63,768 bases of DNA, filler included, from Octopus bimaculoides (GCF_001194135.2; 6 parts of 6 records of this genome joined end to end with filler, not necessarily neighbours in it); one strand, 5' to 3'. Positions 34,146 to 47,715 are shown, counted from the first letter of the whole stretch. The notes: generated by a model from the sequence alone, not told the origin. Made by a program: numbers and translations.

Positions 34146-37100
34146 CCTTCAACACATATCATCATCATCATCGTTTAACGTCTGCTTTCCATGCTAGCAT
34201 GGGTTGGACGGTTCGACCAGGGTCTGGGAAGCCAGAAGGCTGCACCAGGCTCCAGTCTGATCTGGCAGTGTTTCTACAGCTGGATGCTCTTCCTAAAGTC
34301 AACCACTCTATGAGTGTAGTGGGTGCTTTTTATGTGCCACCAGCACAGGGGTCAGAGAGGGCTGGCAATGGCCACGATTGGTTGGTGCTTTTTATGTGCC
34401 ACTGGCACGGAAGCCAGTCAAGGCGGCGCTGGCATCGGCCAAATTCGGATGGTGCTTTTTACATGCCACTGGCACAGGTATCACAACTACAATTTCCATT
34501 TGATTTTCATTTTGATGTTGATGTACATGACTCAATAGGTCTCCTCAAGCACAGCAGGTTGCCCTACGATCCAAGGTACTTTTGAATGGGCTGAGGCTGG
34601 TTATGCAAAACTGGTGTAGGATATAGCCATGAACTCACTTTATTTGCCAGGTCTTCGCTGTCACAGCATACCTCCAGATGTTTCGGTCTTTCATCATTGC
34701 CTCCATGAGGTCCAATGTTCAAAGGTCATGCTTCACCACCTCATCCTGGGTCTACCTCTGTCCCGGATTCCTTCAACTGTTTGGGAGTGGCACTTCTTCA
34801 CACATCTCTCCTCATCCATCCGTAGTACATGACCATACCAGTACAAACGTCTCTCTTGCATGCCACATCCGATACTTCTTATGTCCAACATTTTTCTCAG
34901 GGTGCTTACACTCTGTCGTGTGTGCACACTGACATTACACATCCAGCAGATCATGCTAGCTTCATTTCTTTTGAGCCTACTCATGTCCTCCGCAGTCATG
35001 GCCCATGTTTCACTGCCAAGAAGCATGGCAGTATGCACACATGCACCGTACAATCTATCTTTCACTCTGAGTGAGAGGCCCTTTGTCACCAGTAGGGGTA
35101 GAAGCTTTCTAAACTTTACCCAAGCTATTCTTATTCTAGTGGTAATACTCTCTGAGCATCCACCCCCACTACTAACTTGGTCACCTAGGTAGCGGAAGCT
35201 ATCAACTACTTCTAGTTTTTCCCTGGCATGTGATGGAATCTGTTTTCTGTACACCTGTGGTGTTTATTGCCCCTGTGCATCTGCCGCACACGAAAGCTAT
35301 CTTCTCGGTTAATCTTCCTTTGATGTTGCTGCACTTCTTATGTGTCCATAGCTTAAACTGAGTACATCTTATGGAATTTCTACCTACACCTTTTCTACAG
35401 ATTGAGCAGGGCCACCTACCTGAAGGGGTTTGTGATGTGTTTGCCTTCCTACTAACTAGAACTTTGGTATTTGCTACATTAACTCTAAGGTCTTTTGATT
35501 CTAAACCTTGCTTCCACATCTGAAATTGCTTCTTTAGTTCAGTTAGTGATTCTGCTATGAGGGCCAGGTCATCAGCATAGAGGAGCTCCCAGGGGCAACC
35601 CGTCTTGAATTCCTCTGTTATTGCCTGGAGGACTATGATGAATAAAATGGGACTGAGGGCTGAACCTTGGTGGACCCCTACTTCTACCTGGAATTCTTCA
35701 CTATACTCATTGCCAATCCTAACTTTACTAATGGCATCTCTGTATACGGCCTGTACAGCCCTTATTAACCATTCGTCAATCCCAGTTTCCACATCGGGGG
35801 GACCCTGTCAAAGGCTTTCTCCAAGTCCACAAAAGCTAAGTATAGGGGTTTATCTTTAGCTAGGTATTTCTCCTGCAGTTGTCGAACCAGGAATATAGCA
35901 TCAGCGGTGCTTCTACCTGGTACAAAACCAAACTGCATCTCATCTAAGCAGACTCTCTCCCTAATGAGAAGGGCTATGACCTTCTCCATGACCCTCATCA
36001 CCTGATCCAGCAGTTTGATACCCCTGTAGTTATTTCTGTCTTTACCCTGGTAGCAGTTGACTATGGTGCTGCTACGCCAGTCATTGAGTATCACTCCATC
36101 ATGAACTCCCTGGTTTACAATGCAGGTGACTAGGCCATAGCCCACACCACCAGATGTTTTAAGCATCTCAGCAGTGATTCCTCATGGGCCGGGGGCTTTT
36201 CCTGGCTTCATACCATTAATTGCTTTATCTACCAGGGAGCTGTCTATTCAGATAGCTGGTCCCTCTACTGGGTCAACATTTGGCAGGCTCTCCTCCTCCC
36301 ATTCATTCTCCACGTTCAGCAGTCTTTCATAATGGCTTCTCCAAGCCTCTTTCTTTTCTGAATCATTAAAAGCAAGTGCACCATCATCCATGCAGACACA
36401 TTTCTCTCCTGTGACATCACAATTTTCTTTCACACACTGTCTTGCAATCTGAAATACCTTAGTTCTTTGGTCCTCACGTCGCTGGACATTGGCAAACTTC
36501 TTTTCTGCTTCGCCTTTGGCTATGTATATCTGCCGCCCAGCCTCCCTTTTGGCTAACTGGTACAGTTCCCTGCTACTTCCACCCTTCCAGACTTTCCAGG
36601 CCTGTTTCTTTGCTCTAATGGCTTCGTCTACTGTACTATTCCACCACCACGTAACTCTAGGTCTGGAAGGGACTTTGCACCAGCCACAGACCTGGTCTGT
36701 GGCACTCAACAAGCTGTCCCGTAGGAATTTCCAGCTATCTTCTATGTCTGATGTCTGTAGCTCCTCCTCCCTCTCAACAAATTTCTTGATGAGGATGTCC
36801 CTAAATCTCTGACCATGTGAAGGGTTCTTCAGCTTCCAAATCCTTCTTTTTTGGATTGGTCTGCTTCTTGGTATCCTTCTGGCCTAGAGCCTAAAGTCAC
36901 TAATGACTAGCCTATGCTGGGGGGTACATTCTTCGACCGGGAGGGTCTTTGTATTTAAAAGCAACTTTGCGTCCTGCTATCTGGTGAGGATGAAATCAAT
37001 CTGGCTAGTAGAGCCACCTGATTGATAGGTTATCAGGTGGCTGTCTGGTTTCCTGAAGTTAGTGTTGCAGATTAAAAGGTTACATGCATCACAGAACTCC

Positions 37101-37525
37101 AGTAGCCTAGTTCCCTTGACATTTCAGGAACCAATACCATGGCCCCCGTGTACACCAGTGAAGAAACTGGATTTCCACCCAACATGCCCATTAAAATCTC
37201 CAGCCGCAAAGAGGAGGTCATTGCCACTCATCTTTGAGGTAGCCTGTAGAAGGGTATCTTTGAGTTAGCCTGTAGAAGGGTATCATATTCTGATCATTTC
37301 GTAGACCTGCTTGTGGGGCCTAGGAAGAGATAATTGTAGCTGTGCTGTTCTTAAGGACTAGCCTGAGCTTAAGCACTCTATCGCATACCCTGACAACCTC
37401 TATGACTTTATCTACCTATTTCTCCGCAAGCAGTATGCCTACATCACCCACTCCATCCATGTTACCTTGCTAGAAGATTTTGTACCTATGCGCCTTGCCT
37501 GTGAGGACCCTAGCTGAATTCCTCT

Positions 37526-37530
<5 letters not shown>
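34146..37530 (-). mobile_element. Near-complete degenerate RTE-class LINE (APE, RT, Cys-rich finger, 3' UTR, (GAT)n tail)
   Basis: APE GVGDVGILLAEK; RT MQFGFVPGRST, FVDLEKAFDRVP, ELLYADDL; CSICRKGVGRNSIRC...WTHKKCS. Frameshifts present. Confidence 0.9.
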
Positions 37531-37560
<30 letters not shown>

Positions 37561-37824
37561 GAAAAGCAACAAAAATTCAATAGGTTATAGCAGTACGTAC
37601 GTTTCGTACAAACTTCATTTATTTATGTAGTGAGAACACCACATAAAATGTGCACTGAAAATGTACTCCTCAGCTGCATAATNNNNNNNNNNNNNNNNNN
37701 NNNNNNNNNNNNNNNNNNNNNNNNNNTTAATTAATTAANNNNNNNNNNNNNNNNNNNNNNNNNNNNNNNNNNNNNNNNNNNNGTATACTCACACATAAGC
37801 ACACACACACATATTCATTTTTAC

Positions 37825-37892
37825 CAGAAGTAACAGAGTGACTCAAAGTCTGAGAGTTTCGTGTGTTTGCACGAGTCACCGTGTTACTTCTG
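37825..37892. repeat. 68-nt hairpin (20-nt arms, 18/20 match)
   Basis: CAGAAGTAACAGAGTGACTC ... GAGTCACCGTGTTACTTCTG; related sequence at 33618-33700. Confidence 0.75.
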
Positions 37893-38344
37893 CTAAATAT
37901 TAATAAAATATACACATACGCATATTTTGAGTTCTATTTTTTCTGTTTCCATCAACACTCACACACACACACACAGGCACCCACTCACACACACACATGG
38001 TAAATGAAAGACGGAAGATGGAATATACGAGAATTTTTATTAATCACGATAATCGTTTACACACACCCTCATGGGTGGGACACTTAACAATTGTTTGAGG
38101 AGCATCCAGCAGCGCAGATATTTCTCATGGGGTGATGAATAGATACAACTCGGTAAAATAAGACTTGCGCAATGTATCTTCTCATTTCGCAGAAAGAAAA
38201 GCAGCAAAACGAAGGAAATATCTTCATTTATATAGATCAAAAATAAAATCATAGATACAAAAAAGAAACGAACACGCAATATATATGCACACAGACACAT
38301 ACAGACACATACACACACTCACACATTATATACATATACATGTT

Positions 38345-39315
38345 GTAGTAAACCTTCATCGTACGTTGATGAAGACCCAGTCACCTGATCAATTGAATGA
38401 TTTACTCCTGAATTAACACGCGACTAAGCATTCAACAAACTCTCACTTTCAAGAGTATGCCTTTGCAATCCAGGAATGGCAAATAACCAAATTTCTGATG
38501 AACAAAAGGGACAGAAACGTAGGTAAAACACTAAAATGTGATAACCGATGTAGACTTCGTGGAGTTGACACCGAAGGCATCACTCACATAATAACTAGTT
38601 ATCCAAAAGTGTCATTACGTTATTATCTACCGATGAGATCTGACGGAAGCATAACCCTGAGACCAAAGAGATGAGAATTTACAGTATGGTAGAGTACTGA
38701 TGGAAAGGGTACTGATGGAATATCTCAGTGAAAACCTCACTAAAATGCAAATGTAACAGACCAGACATAGTGATTTGGGACAAAGGAGTCAAACGATGTA
38801 CAGTAGTGGAAATTAGTTACACAATAGATATCAGCATAAAAGTAAAGATGAACGAAAAAGAAAACAGCTCCACTGAACTATTGAGAAATTTATTGCTACT
38901 CTATCTGGATTAAAGTTTAGATTTACGCCTGAAATTATTAGGACACTAGGATAGTGTAACACACCGCCTAAGTACCAATATTGGGAATTTAGAATTCTCA
39001 AAACTAGAAAGGAGAAAGCTGGTTATAAGATTACAGATACAAACCATTAATGAAACTGCAAAACTCTGTAAAATCTTTCCAAAAGTTTAGCATTTAAGTA
39101 TATGTGCGCATGTCTAGACATGCAACTATATGCATGGGAATACATACCCAAAACAAAACATACAAATCTGCACATGCGCTGACACAAATATTGCACGTAT
39201 ACACATAAAAATGCACAAGTACCCTGTTGATACTTGAAATTCCTATGAAGCAGCCTTGAATTTGTTAGAAACCAGCTTTCTCTATTGGCAAGAAATTTAG
39301 AAATAAAATGAATAG
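38345..39315 (+). mobile_element. R4/Dong C-terminal region (zinc knuckle, restriction-like endonuclease) and 3' UTR
   Basis: CDNRCRL...THII; NRPDIVIWDK...VVEIS...EKEN (PD-(D/E)xK type). Confidence 0.85.
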
Positions 39316-39356
39316 TGGCATACATATACACATACACGGACAGACAGATACATGTG

Positions 39357-40632
39357 CAGCGGTTGGACAAAATAATGGAAACACCTAGTATCATAGCATC
39401 ATAATTTTGAAATATCTATAAAACATTCAGAAGCTTGTGAATTCTTGTTTCTTAAATTATTATTAGTGTTGCTTAATATGTTTTGCTAAAATTGCTGTTT
39501 CTTTTCAGGTATCATCAGAAAAAGGTAATTAAAATTCATTAAAATGACAGATCTATCGGATTTTCAAAGAGGTCAAATTATTGGTGCTCGTATGGCAGGC
39601 GCTAGCGTAACGAAAATAGCCGAAATGTTTGGTGTATCAAGAAGTACCGTCTCGAAAGTAATGACAGCTTTTGAGAAATAGGAAAAAACCTCGTCGTCGA
39701 AACAAAACTCCGGAAGAAAACCAAAACTTTCAGATAGGGACCGTCGGACTCTTACGCGAACTGTTAGAAAGAATCACAAAAGTACAACTCTCAGAATTAC
39801 TGCAGAGCTTAATGATCCCCCGAGAACCCAGTTTCTACAAAAACTGTTTGCCGGAAGCTGCGCAAAGCCGGATTTCACAGGAGGGCTGCAATCAGAAAAC
39901 CACTACTTTCAAAAACAGACGTTGCAAAGCGTTTAGAGTGGAGTAAAAACCTACCGAATTGGTCCCTAGAGCAGTGGAAGAATGTTATTTTCTCGTACGA
40001 GTCATCTTTTACATTATTCCCAACCACCGGCCGAGTATACGTGTGGAGACAGCCAAAAGAAGCATTTAACCCAGACTGCCTTCTTCCAACCGTTAAACAT
40101 GGAGGAGGATCTGTGATGATCTGGGGTGCTATATCTTGGAAATCCGCCGGCCCAATGGTTTCCCTTCTTGGAAGAGTTAATAGTCAAGACTATTTAAGCA
40201 TTTTATCTGATCAAATTCATACTATGTTTGCAGAACTGTTTCCGGGGGGAAACGTAGTCTTTCAGGATGATAATGCACTAATTTTCACAGCTAATGTTGT
40301 TACTGAATGGCACGAGGAACATTCTAGTGAAGTTAAACATCTTATCTGGCCACCGCAGTCCCCAGATCTCAATAGTATTGAACATTTATGGTGCGTTTTA
40401 GAAAAACAAGTAAGGAGTCGATATCCTCCACCATCATCACTACAAGAACTGGAAACTGTTTTAGCTGAAGAATGGACAAAAATTCCTTTGGAAACAAATC
40501 AAATTTTGTACGAGTCCATAACTCGTAGAATTAGAATTTAAGCTGTAATTACTGCCAAAAGCGGTCCTACCCCATATTAGAATAAATTTGTTTGAAATTT
40601 TAAGGAGTTTCCATTATTTTGTCCAACCCCTG
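39357..40632 (+). mobile_element. Full-length degenerate Tc1-like transposon with DD36E spacing
   Basis: 29-nt TIRs, 27/29 match. MTDLSDFQRGQIIGAR, TVKHGGGSVMIWG and QDDNA...WPPQSPDLNSIEHLW motifs. Stops and frameshifts; the first catalytic D reads as Y (FSYESS). Confidence 0.9.
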
Positions 40633-40730
40633 TATACATATGTGCATATATGGATGCATGCAATCGTATGTGTATTAAATTTTTATACACACACATACGC
40701 ACGCACGCGGACACACATATATGTATGTAT

Positions 40731-40764
<34 letters not shown>

Positions 40765-40780
40765 ATCTATTATCGTATGA

Positions 40781-40821
<41 letters not shown>

Positions 40822-41289
40822 ATGTATATCGGTGTATGAACACGCGTGCATGTAAAGCTATGTAAAAAAGGTATACAGAAACATTTGCTATTTGAATGTT
40901 TACACCTGGGTATGAGAATGCTGATATATGTATCTTTTACAGATTATTTTTATTTATAATCTTTCTCCAGTTATCTGTCATTAATTGAACTTGGTATCTG
41001 TTTACTGCATATTATTAATTCAGCTATCAATTCATTTACGCATATATTTACAAATTTACCGTTTATTAAACGAGTGTGTATGCACTATAAAAATTGCTCA
41101 TGAAATAGTTTTTCTTCGTGTAGATGAGTTTTAACTAAGAAAGAATGACGTGGCTTATTTATACTGTCTGCTTCTAATGATTTAGCGTCACATATCCAGG
41201 AGAAATTATTTTGACTATTCTAAGGTCAAATTCCTTCGAAATATTGTAATTTCCCCCAAAATTTTTCAATTATTCAATCGCGTTTTACA

Positions 41290-41515
41290 GATTCAGAGGA
41301 ACTGTCAATGAATTTGCAGGAAAGAATTGCAAGACGGAACCAACGAGCAGGAGACCTCGGGGCAGACCGAGAACGAGATAGATGGATAATAGATCCATAG
41401 TCACGACTGGTTACATTCGAGAATCCAGACGGAAAGCCTAATGGGATTTAATTCTGACAGGACACTATGGAGTAGGTGCCTGAGGGCTCTACCCCAACGA
41501 TCATCCCAGGAATAT
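41290..41515 (+). mobile_element. RTE-X/Expander-like 3' fragment
   Basis: RRPRGRPRTR*MD and WSRCLRALPQR, resembling the RTE-X C-terminus. Confidence 0.55.
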
Positions 41516-41606
41516 GTTTGGATGGATCGATATATATTATATAGCTATCTATATATTTATATATATATATCTATCGTACAATACACACACACGCGCGCAC
41601 AAATAC

Positions 41607-41683
<77 letters not shown>

Positions 41684-44600
41684 TGTGAGTATCTTTGTGA
41701 GTATTTACCCCCTTAAAATAACGAGTTTTATTGCTGGATATAGTTTCACTGTTATTGTCAACTCGATTATATAAAATCAATTGACATAGAAATATCTTGG
41801 AAATATCTATCTTTGATTGCCGACAAGAGATCAGCTAAGAGAATTTTTCAGTCTTACCGAAACACATGGAGTCTGCTTTCGTCAATCGAGACATGACTTT
41901 TACAATTAGAATGTGTTTTGAGCATTTTTTATAGTAGTAATTTCCATAAGAAGTGAAATAAACGACGGGAAATAACTCCAGTGTGTCAATGACATGGACT
42001 TCGATAACTAAGTAAAAGAGGTACAGTACTGAATGACGTAAGCCTAAAATTATTAACTGGAATTTCTCTCAATGCTGGATAAAGAAAACAAAATATGTAT
42101 TTCAGGAGACTTTGTCCAGTTGGAATTAAATTCTAAAAGCTTCAAAGTGATAAAATGCGCAAGTTCTAGTAAATATCTTCCTCCTTTCAGAGAGAATTTC
42201 CACAACAAATAGGCTAATTACTTCATTAGTAGAAAATCCTAGAAAACCTGATACTCCGGAAATGCCATTTCTCATTAAAATACTTTCAACTAATTACTTC
42301 CATTAGGTCTTCAATACTTTTAGCAAGTGTTAAAAATTTATGTTTCTAGCACTTGTACTGGTATGAACGAAAATTAGCGACAACAAAATAATTTATTGCA
42401 CAAAATAATTTATTGCACGAACACATAAGAACTGTGTATACGATATAATGTGAAAAATCTTTCTGATTAATTCATTGCCCCTGCCAACACTGTGACCTTG
42501 AAAACAAAGTTTTGCTTCGCAAGTATTCATTATTCATGTTCCCTATCTTTAACAATGGAAGTTATCAGCAAACTCTACTCTACTTCCCGTCGTTCTTATT
42601 TCTTTACACATGAAATGCTACATAAAAGCTTAGACTTCATTATGCATTTCGGTATTATCTTTTAAAGCACAAAAACAGTTGTTCTTGATTTCTATCGGAA
42701 AACAACAAATGGTTTGATCTTTCTTTTTTCTTTTTTTTTCAGAAAAAGATAATGCTATTTCTCCAGATTAATTTAGTTTGCTTGCCTTCCTCGAAATCTG
42801 ATCTCTTGTTGCATTGTGCTAGAGTAGTTGAAGCACCCTCTCCACCATGCTACATTGCCCAAAGAAGTGGGGTTTTGTTTGTTAGTTATTTTAATGAGTT
42901 GTTTATCGGAAATTAGTAAGAATATTTTAAGGTGGGTTTGTTTATTGGCTGAAAGTGAGACAGAAGGCCGAAACACATCGTTTGATTACACATTAATTGC
43001 TATCCGATTTATGCGAGAAAAACTAAATAGATTTTAATGTTTAAATCGATAGTAATTTCTTGGCTTGTCGCTGTGTGTATTACACCAGCTAATGTTCTAT
43101 CTTGTGTTTGATCAAAGTTCCCCCTGAGATATTGATAATTTTCAGATGTTTTCCTAACATACATATAACATAATCGAAAATTTTATAGAGTGTTGTTCAC
43201 TAAAAAAAAAAAAGAAGTTTCTTTTTATAGTTCAGATTAAAATAAAATATATCAAGGCGTAGACACAATCAGCTTTGATAGATTTACTTGTTTCCTCGAC
43301 TTTTTACATTTTAAGAGGTAACTGTTCTGTCAATCTTTGATGAGTGAATCATTCTGCTACACCTGCAGCACCGCCACCACAGAGAAAATATTGATCTCTT
43401 TTGACCAAACATAACTGCCCTATATTTTCGAAAGGAAATGTGTACTTGTAATCTCTTATATAATGGAATTAGCAGTATGATGTAATTTAGCTACATCACT
43501 AAACTGAAACGACGTAACGAAGTCACCTTATGGGAATCTTGTTCCTTTTTAACAGAGAACTGAAACAAAATCTCGGCAAAATTTCGGCAAAATTTCGGCC
43601 TGGGTTACTGAACCCATTTCTCTATATTAACACCTTCCAAATATTGATTTCTCACATTGGAATTGTGTCACATATTTCTAAAATAATGCTATATTTCATA
43701 GGGTCGAGAAAAAATAGCGTACTTGCATTTATTTTGAGCTAGAATTTGCTTTCAAAACACGAGAAAAATATTTAATTATTTGAGCTCTGAAAGATATATT
43801 CGTCACTGCTACGGCCAGTCAGTCATCACAGTAATACTTTGAAATAAGAAAAAGATTTTGAGAACATATCGTCCTTTACATATCGAGAAAATATAAACTT
43901 CTTCATATGAAGATTTAAAATAAAATCAACGTAAAATTATGTTAAAGTAATATATTATCAAAATTCAAAATATATTTTATATGACGACAAAATGCATAAC
44001 GGTTCTTTGAAGAAAAAATTCTGACATGTTTAGATTTGCTTTAATGAAAATTAAGAAAATATTGTTTATTTAAGATAAAATATTCTGTAATTTAGAGATC
44101 AGTTAAATACTGAAACTTCTGATTAATGTGACAATCTCTTAAGTGATTAATATTTCTATCAGTAATAAAAGAACGGCCTAGGATAGATGATGTTCGAGAT
44201 GGTAATAATACTAATTTAATAGATAGTGCTTCTTTCGAGTCTCATTGAATTTCACTTCCGAGGTGATACACCACCTCGTATTCTCAATAACAATGCACAC
44301 CTTTCTTGAGCAGTGGGTCGCATGAGATATGGCTAAAAAGAATTGAGGTAATTTCTCATTGAAGGTACCTTGGTCATTTTCATTATAGAAGACTATACAC
44401 ACAAGTGTCTACCTTAAATAGGAAGAACAGTTTTTTTTTTGTTTTAGAGAAAAGAATTTTGCTAAAGTTAAAAATGTAAGTATTGCTATAATATTGTCAT
44501 TGATGGCAGTGTGATAAATGTACGATACTGTTATGATACGTTAAATGGAAAAAATTGATTACTCAAAAAATCAATGTATTAAATATTAATATCTGTATGA

Positions 44601-45021
44601 TCCGTGTATTGAAAAAAGTTAATGGTTTCATAATTCGTGTATCAAAATTTTACTAATACTATTTTTTAAATCACAGGTTCACATTTAACAACCTAATCGT
44701 TAAATAATTTCATCACTCGCTTTTAAATTGAAGGATAGCGTTCATATAAAAATATTCAAATAAGTAGTAAGATTTGTTTTTAATTTATTCATTTGGTTAT
44801 ATAAGAATAGTTTTTAAGACAAAATATATAATTCCTCTTCAGAGAAAAAAAGATTACGAACGTTTCTTGTTGCTAAAGCAAAAGATGTTTAGACGTATGA
44901 TCTTCCTTAATCGCTAAGTTTAAAATGATGAAAATGGTACTAGGGTAAAAAGGGAAACATGATTAAAGGGAAGGAACTAAAAAAGAAAAACAGAAGAAAC
45001 TGTAAAACAAATTAACGTTAC

Positions 45022-45108
45022 CTGACAAGTTGGGTGAATTATAATGACAGAAGTGCAGTAAAGAACATGAGCAACATAGACGAGGAAAATAGTCCCACCA
45101 AACCACAT
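45022..45108 (-). CDS. Candidate first coding exon (exon 45022-45127) with signal-peptide-like MWFGGTIFLVYVAHVLYCTSVIIIHPTCQ
   Basis: Acceptor TATTTTGCCTGTATTTTGTTAG|, donor CAG|GTAACG. ATG at 45108 is followed by a hydrophobic stretch, on the same strand as and upstream of the cadherin exons. Linkage to the cadherin is inferred. Confidence 0.4.
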
Positions 45109-45229
45109 ACACTGATTAAAACACTGCCTAACAAAATACAGGCAAAATACATCGTATTTATTTTTCATTTTTATTGACTTAACCAGAAATAATTTACTGA
45201 CAAATTTTAGTGACAAACTTGTCATTGTA

Positions 45230-47000
45230 CATTCTCTGCAACTTTTCCAATATTTACAGATATTTGCGATGTTGCAGATAATAAATTGTCTTCGAGTTAA
45301 ATACTGTAAATCTTGACTTAGTTTTTTGACTTTATTATTTTCATTTTAGGATAAAGTTGTCCGCATTTATACGTACTACCGCACAGTGGTATATCCCATA
45401 GCGAAGCACACTATTTGGGTATAATTTTCTTCAGGAAGCGTTCTATAAAACTGCATTAGACATTCATCTTTAGATTTTTGCCGAAGAAACTCATCACTCT
45501 GAAGCTCAATTATTTCCATTTGCATTTCCTATCATGATAATTTTTCGGTGTTAAATGGATTCCCAAAAAGGGCTAAAGTTATCTTCTCCGGTTTTGAAGT
45601 CCTTAAATTTGCAGTTCAGTTCTTTTTCAACTCATTTAACTCCGCAGCAAATCCCTGTGATAGGAGCGTGTCGGAGATGGCAAACATTGCCAGTCCTGAA
45701 ATGATTCTTCCAAACCAGCAGTTTTGCAATTTTAAATTGAGATCAATTGAATAAGTTGTGCTATCTATGAGAAATGCAAGGTTACAAACCCAGTTATACT
45801 TCAGCTTGGGGACAAATTTACCCTTCATACATTAGGAGGCGCATATCTCTTCTTTGAGGCGATACAATCATTGAAGCGCCTTCACGTAAATGCAAATTGC
45901 AAAGAAGTAAACTAAATTGCCATACTCCCATTTAAGTTCGTTTAAAACTCTTTAGATAGGCGATAGTTAAGTGCTCGGGATTTAAGGAAACTTATTTTTG
46001 AAATAACTACACACATAATATTTCTAACTTTTAAAGACTGCACATAATTTTCTTGATGAATTATTCAATCAATCGTTGCAAAGTTACCGTTTACTAATTC
46101 AAAGGAGTTAATTCGTCTTTTAATTTGGATAGGAAACCTATCTTTGGTCCAATCATTACTGGGCCTCCGTCTGTTATTACACTGACGAGCCTTTTCAGGT
46201 GAGAGATTCAATTTCGTTGTTGCTTTGCGCACTTCATCAGCGTTGTATCTCGTAACGGAGCATTTCATTGTCTGAACAGTAAGAAACATTTTTATGATAT
46301 AAAATGATTTTTCAATATCACATATAACAACTACTAATTGAGCTGAAAAGTATATATCCAATTTCATCGATATGCAGTGAAAACGAATCAAATTATTTTT
46401 GTTTGACAGCGTACCCTCGAGATCTGCTGCAATTTCTTCAACCTGTCTTGTTATTGTCTTAGGAGACAAGCTAATTTTGTGAAGCATATTTCACTTTTCC
46501 GGGTACAAATGTTCAACTACTGCCAAGGAACTTTCATTTACAAATTCGTTGTCGGCATAAGTTTTTGAATGTTTGGCAGCTTTTTCTCTAGCGACTTATC
46601 TCGCATGCACAATTCTTCGAGTTCAGCCTGCCTTTTAGAAAACAACGTATTCAGGCTATCAACTCGTTTGTATAATGCTTCAATTGTTTAATTTCTAACA
46701 GCTCCTCTAATACTATTGTACCTCGGAGGTTTTGAAGCGTATTGACGCTCAACATTAAGATCTTTAAAAGCGCAGATGGGCTCATAACATATTAAAAACA
46801 TTGGTCGGATTTTTACTTAAACAATAATTTGTTCACTATCTCCGGAATTTTCTCATTTCTTCAGAAATATTCTGTTTAAATAGCTGAAACATCGGTTTGG
46901 TATGCTACTGCCGATTTTAATGCGTTGGTAGCGAGGAACTTCGCTGTTGACATTTTGTCCTAGATGATTCATGAGAATTTTCGTATGACAACTGCACAGT
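45230..47000 (-). mobile_element. Degenerate hAT (Charlie/SPIN/GTF2IRD2-like) transposase
   Basis: KISLSPKTITRQVEEIAADL, SAQLVVVI, WVCNLAFLID...LNLKLQ, and an upstream zinc-finger-like remnant. Boundaries approximate; TIRs not found. Confidence 0.75.
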
Positions 47001-47619
47001 AAAATAGAAACTAGTAGATAGTAGACACTTGTAAACAACTGCAATAGGTGAGTAAAACTCTGGGTAGATTTCAGAGAAACTATGTCTGTTGATTATAACG
47101 AACAAAAGCCAGTATCTTGGATTTACAAGTTGTAAGCATGCAAATAAAACACACCTGCTGATTTGATTTCGCTTCATTTTAACATCGTTACTCAAATAGT
47201 TGACTAAGTAGCCGAGTAAGTAAATGTTTGTTTGACTAATCATTTGATCAATTAATCAATCATTTGTTTTGATTGATTTTATTTAAAAAAAACAATTGAC
47301 TTCCTTCGTCCTCCCAAAATTTCTTCATTTTTACCTTCCTCCACAATCACTGTATTATTGTGTATAAGAACTTAAAGTGTCAATTTCGTTCCGTTTTTAA
47401 TAACAGCTACACTAACAATACGAGTTTCTCTGCCTTTATTCAAAGACATCACGCATACATATACACAGATATATATGTCTGGTACATATATATAAAATAA
47501 AATTTTAGGATCCGATAAAATCAGGTATTTACATAGTAAAAGCACCAAGGTAGAATCAGGGATAACGCATCAGTGCAGTAACAATGTCTACTGTCATATA
47601 TGTACTTACTTAAGTAAAT

Positions 47620-47715
47620 ATAGATTTGTCATTCCAGTTCTGCACACGTTCACAAGTACTGACAGAATACACAACGTTTATTCAAAGTCACACAAGGGTA
47701 CACTTATCGCACGTA
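47620..47715. repeat. Dispersed repeat, second copy at 49310-49400
   Basis: GATTTGTCATTCCAGTT...ACAGAATACACA...CAAAGTCACACA occurs in both copies. Confidence 0.75.

Noticed and set aside
42383-43600. Short tandem duplications (17-mer at 42385, 12-mer at 43570; also 6410-6460, 37237-37287, 52972-53075, 61473-61521)
   Set aside because: Ordinary slippage duplications with no sign of function.
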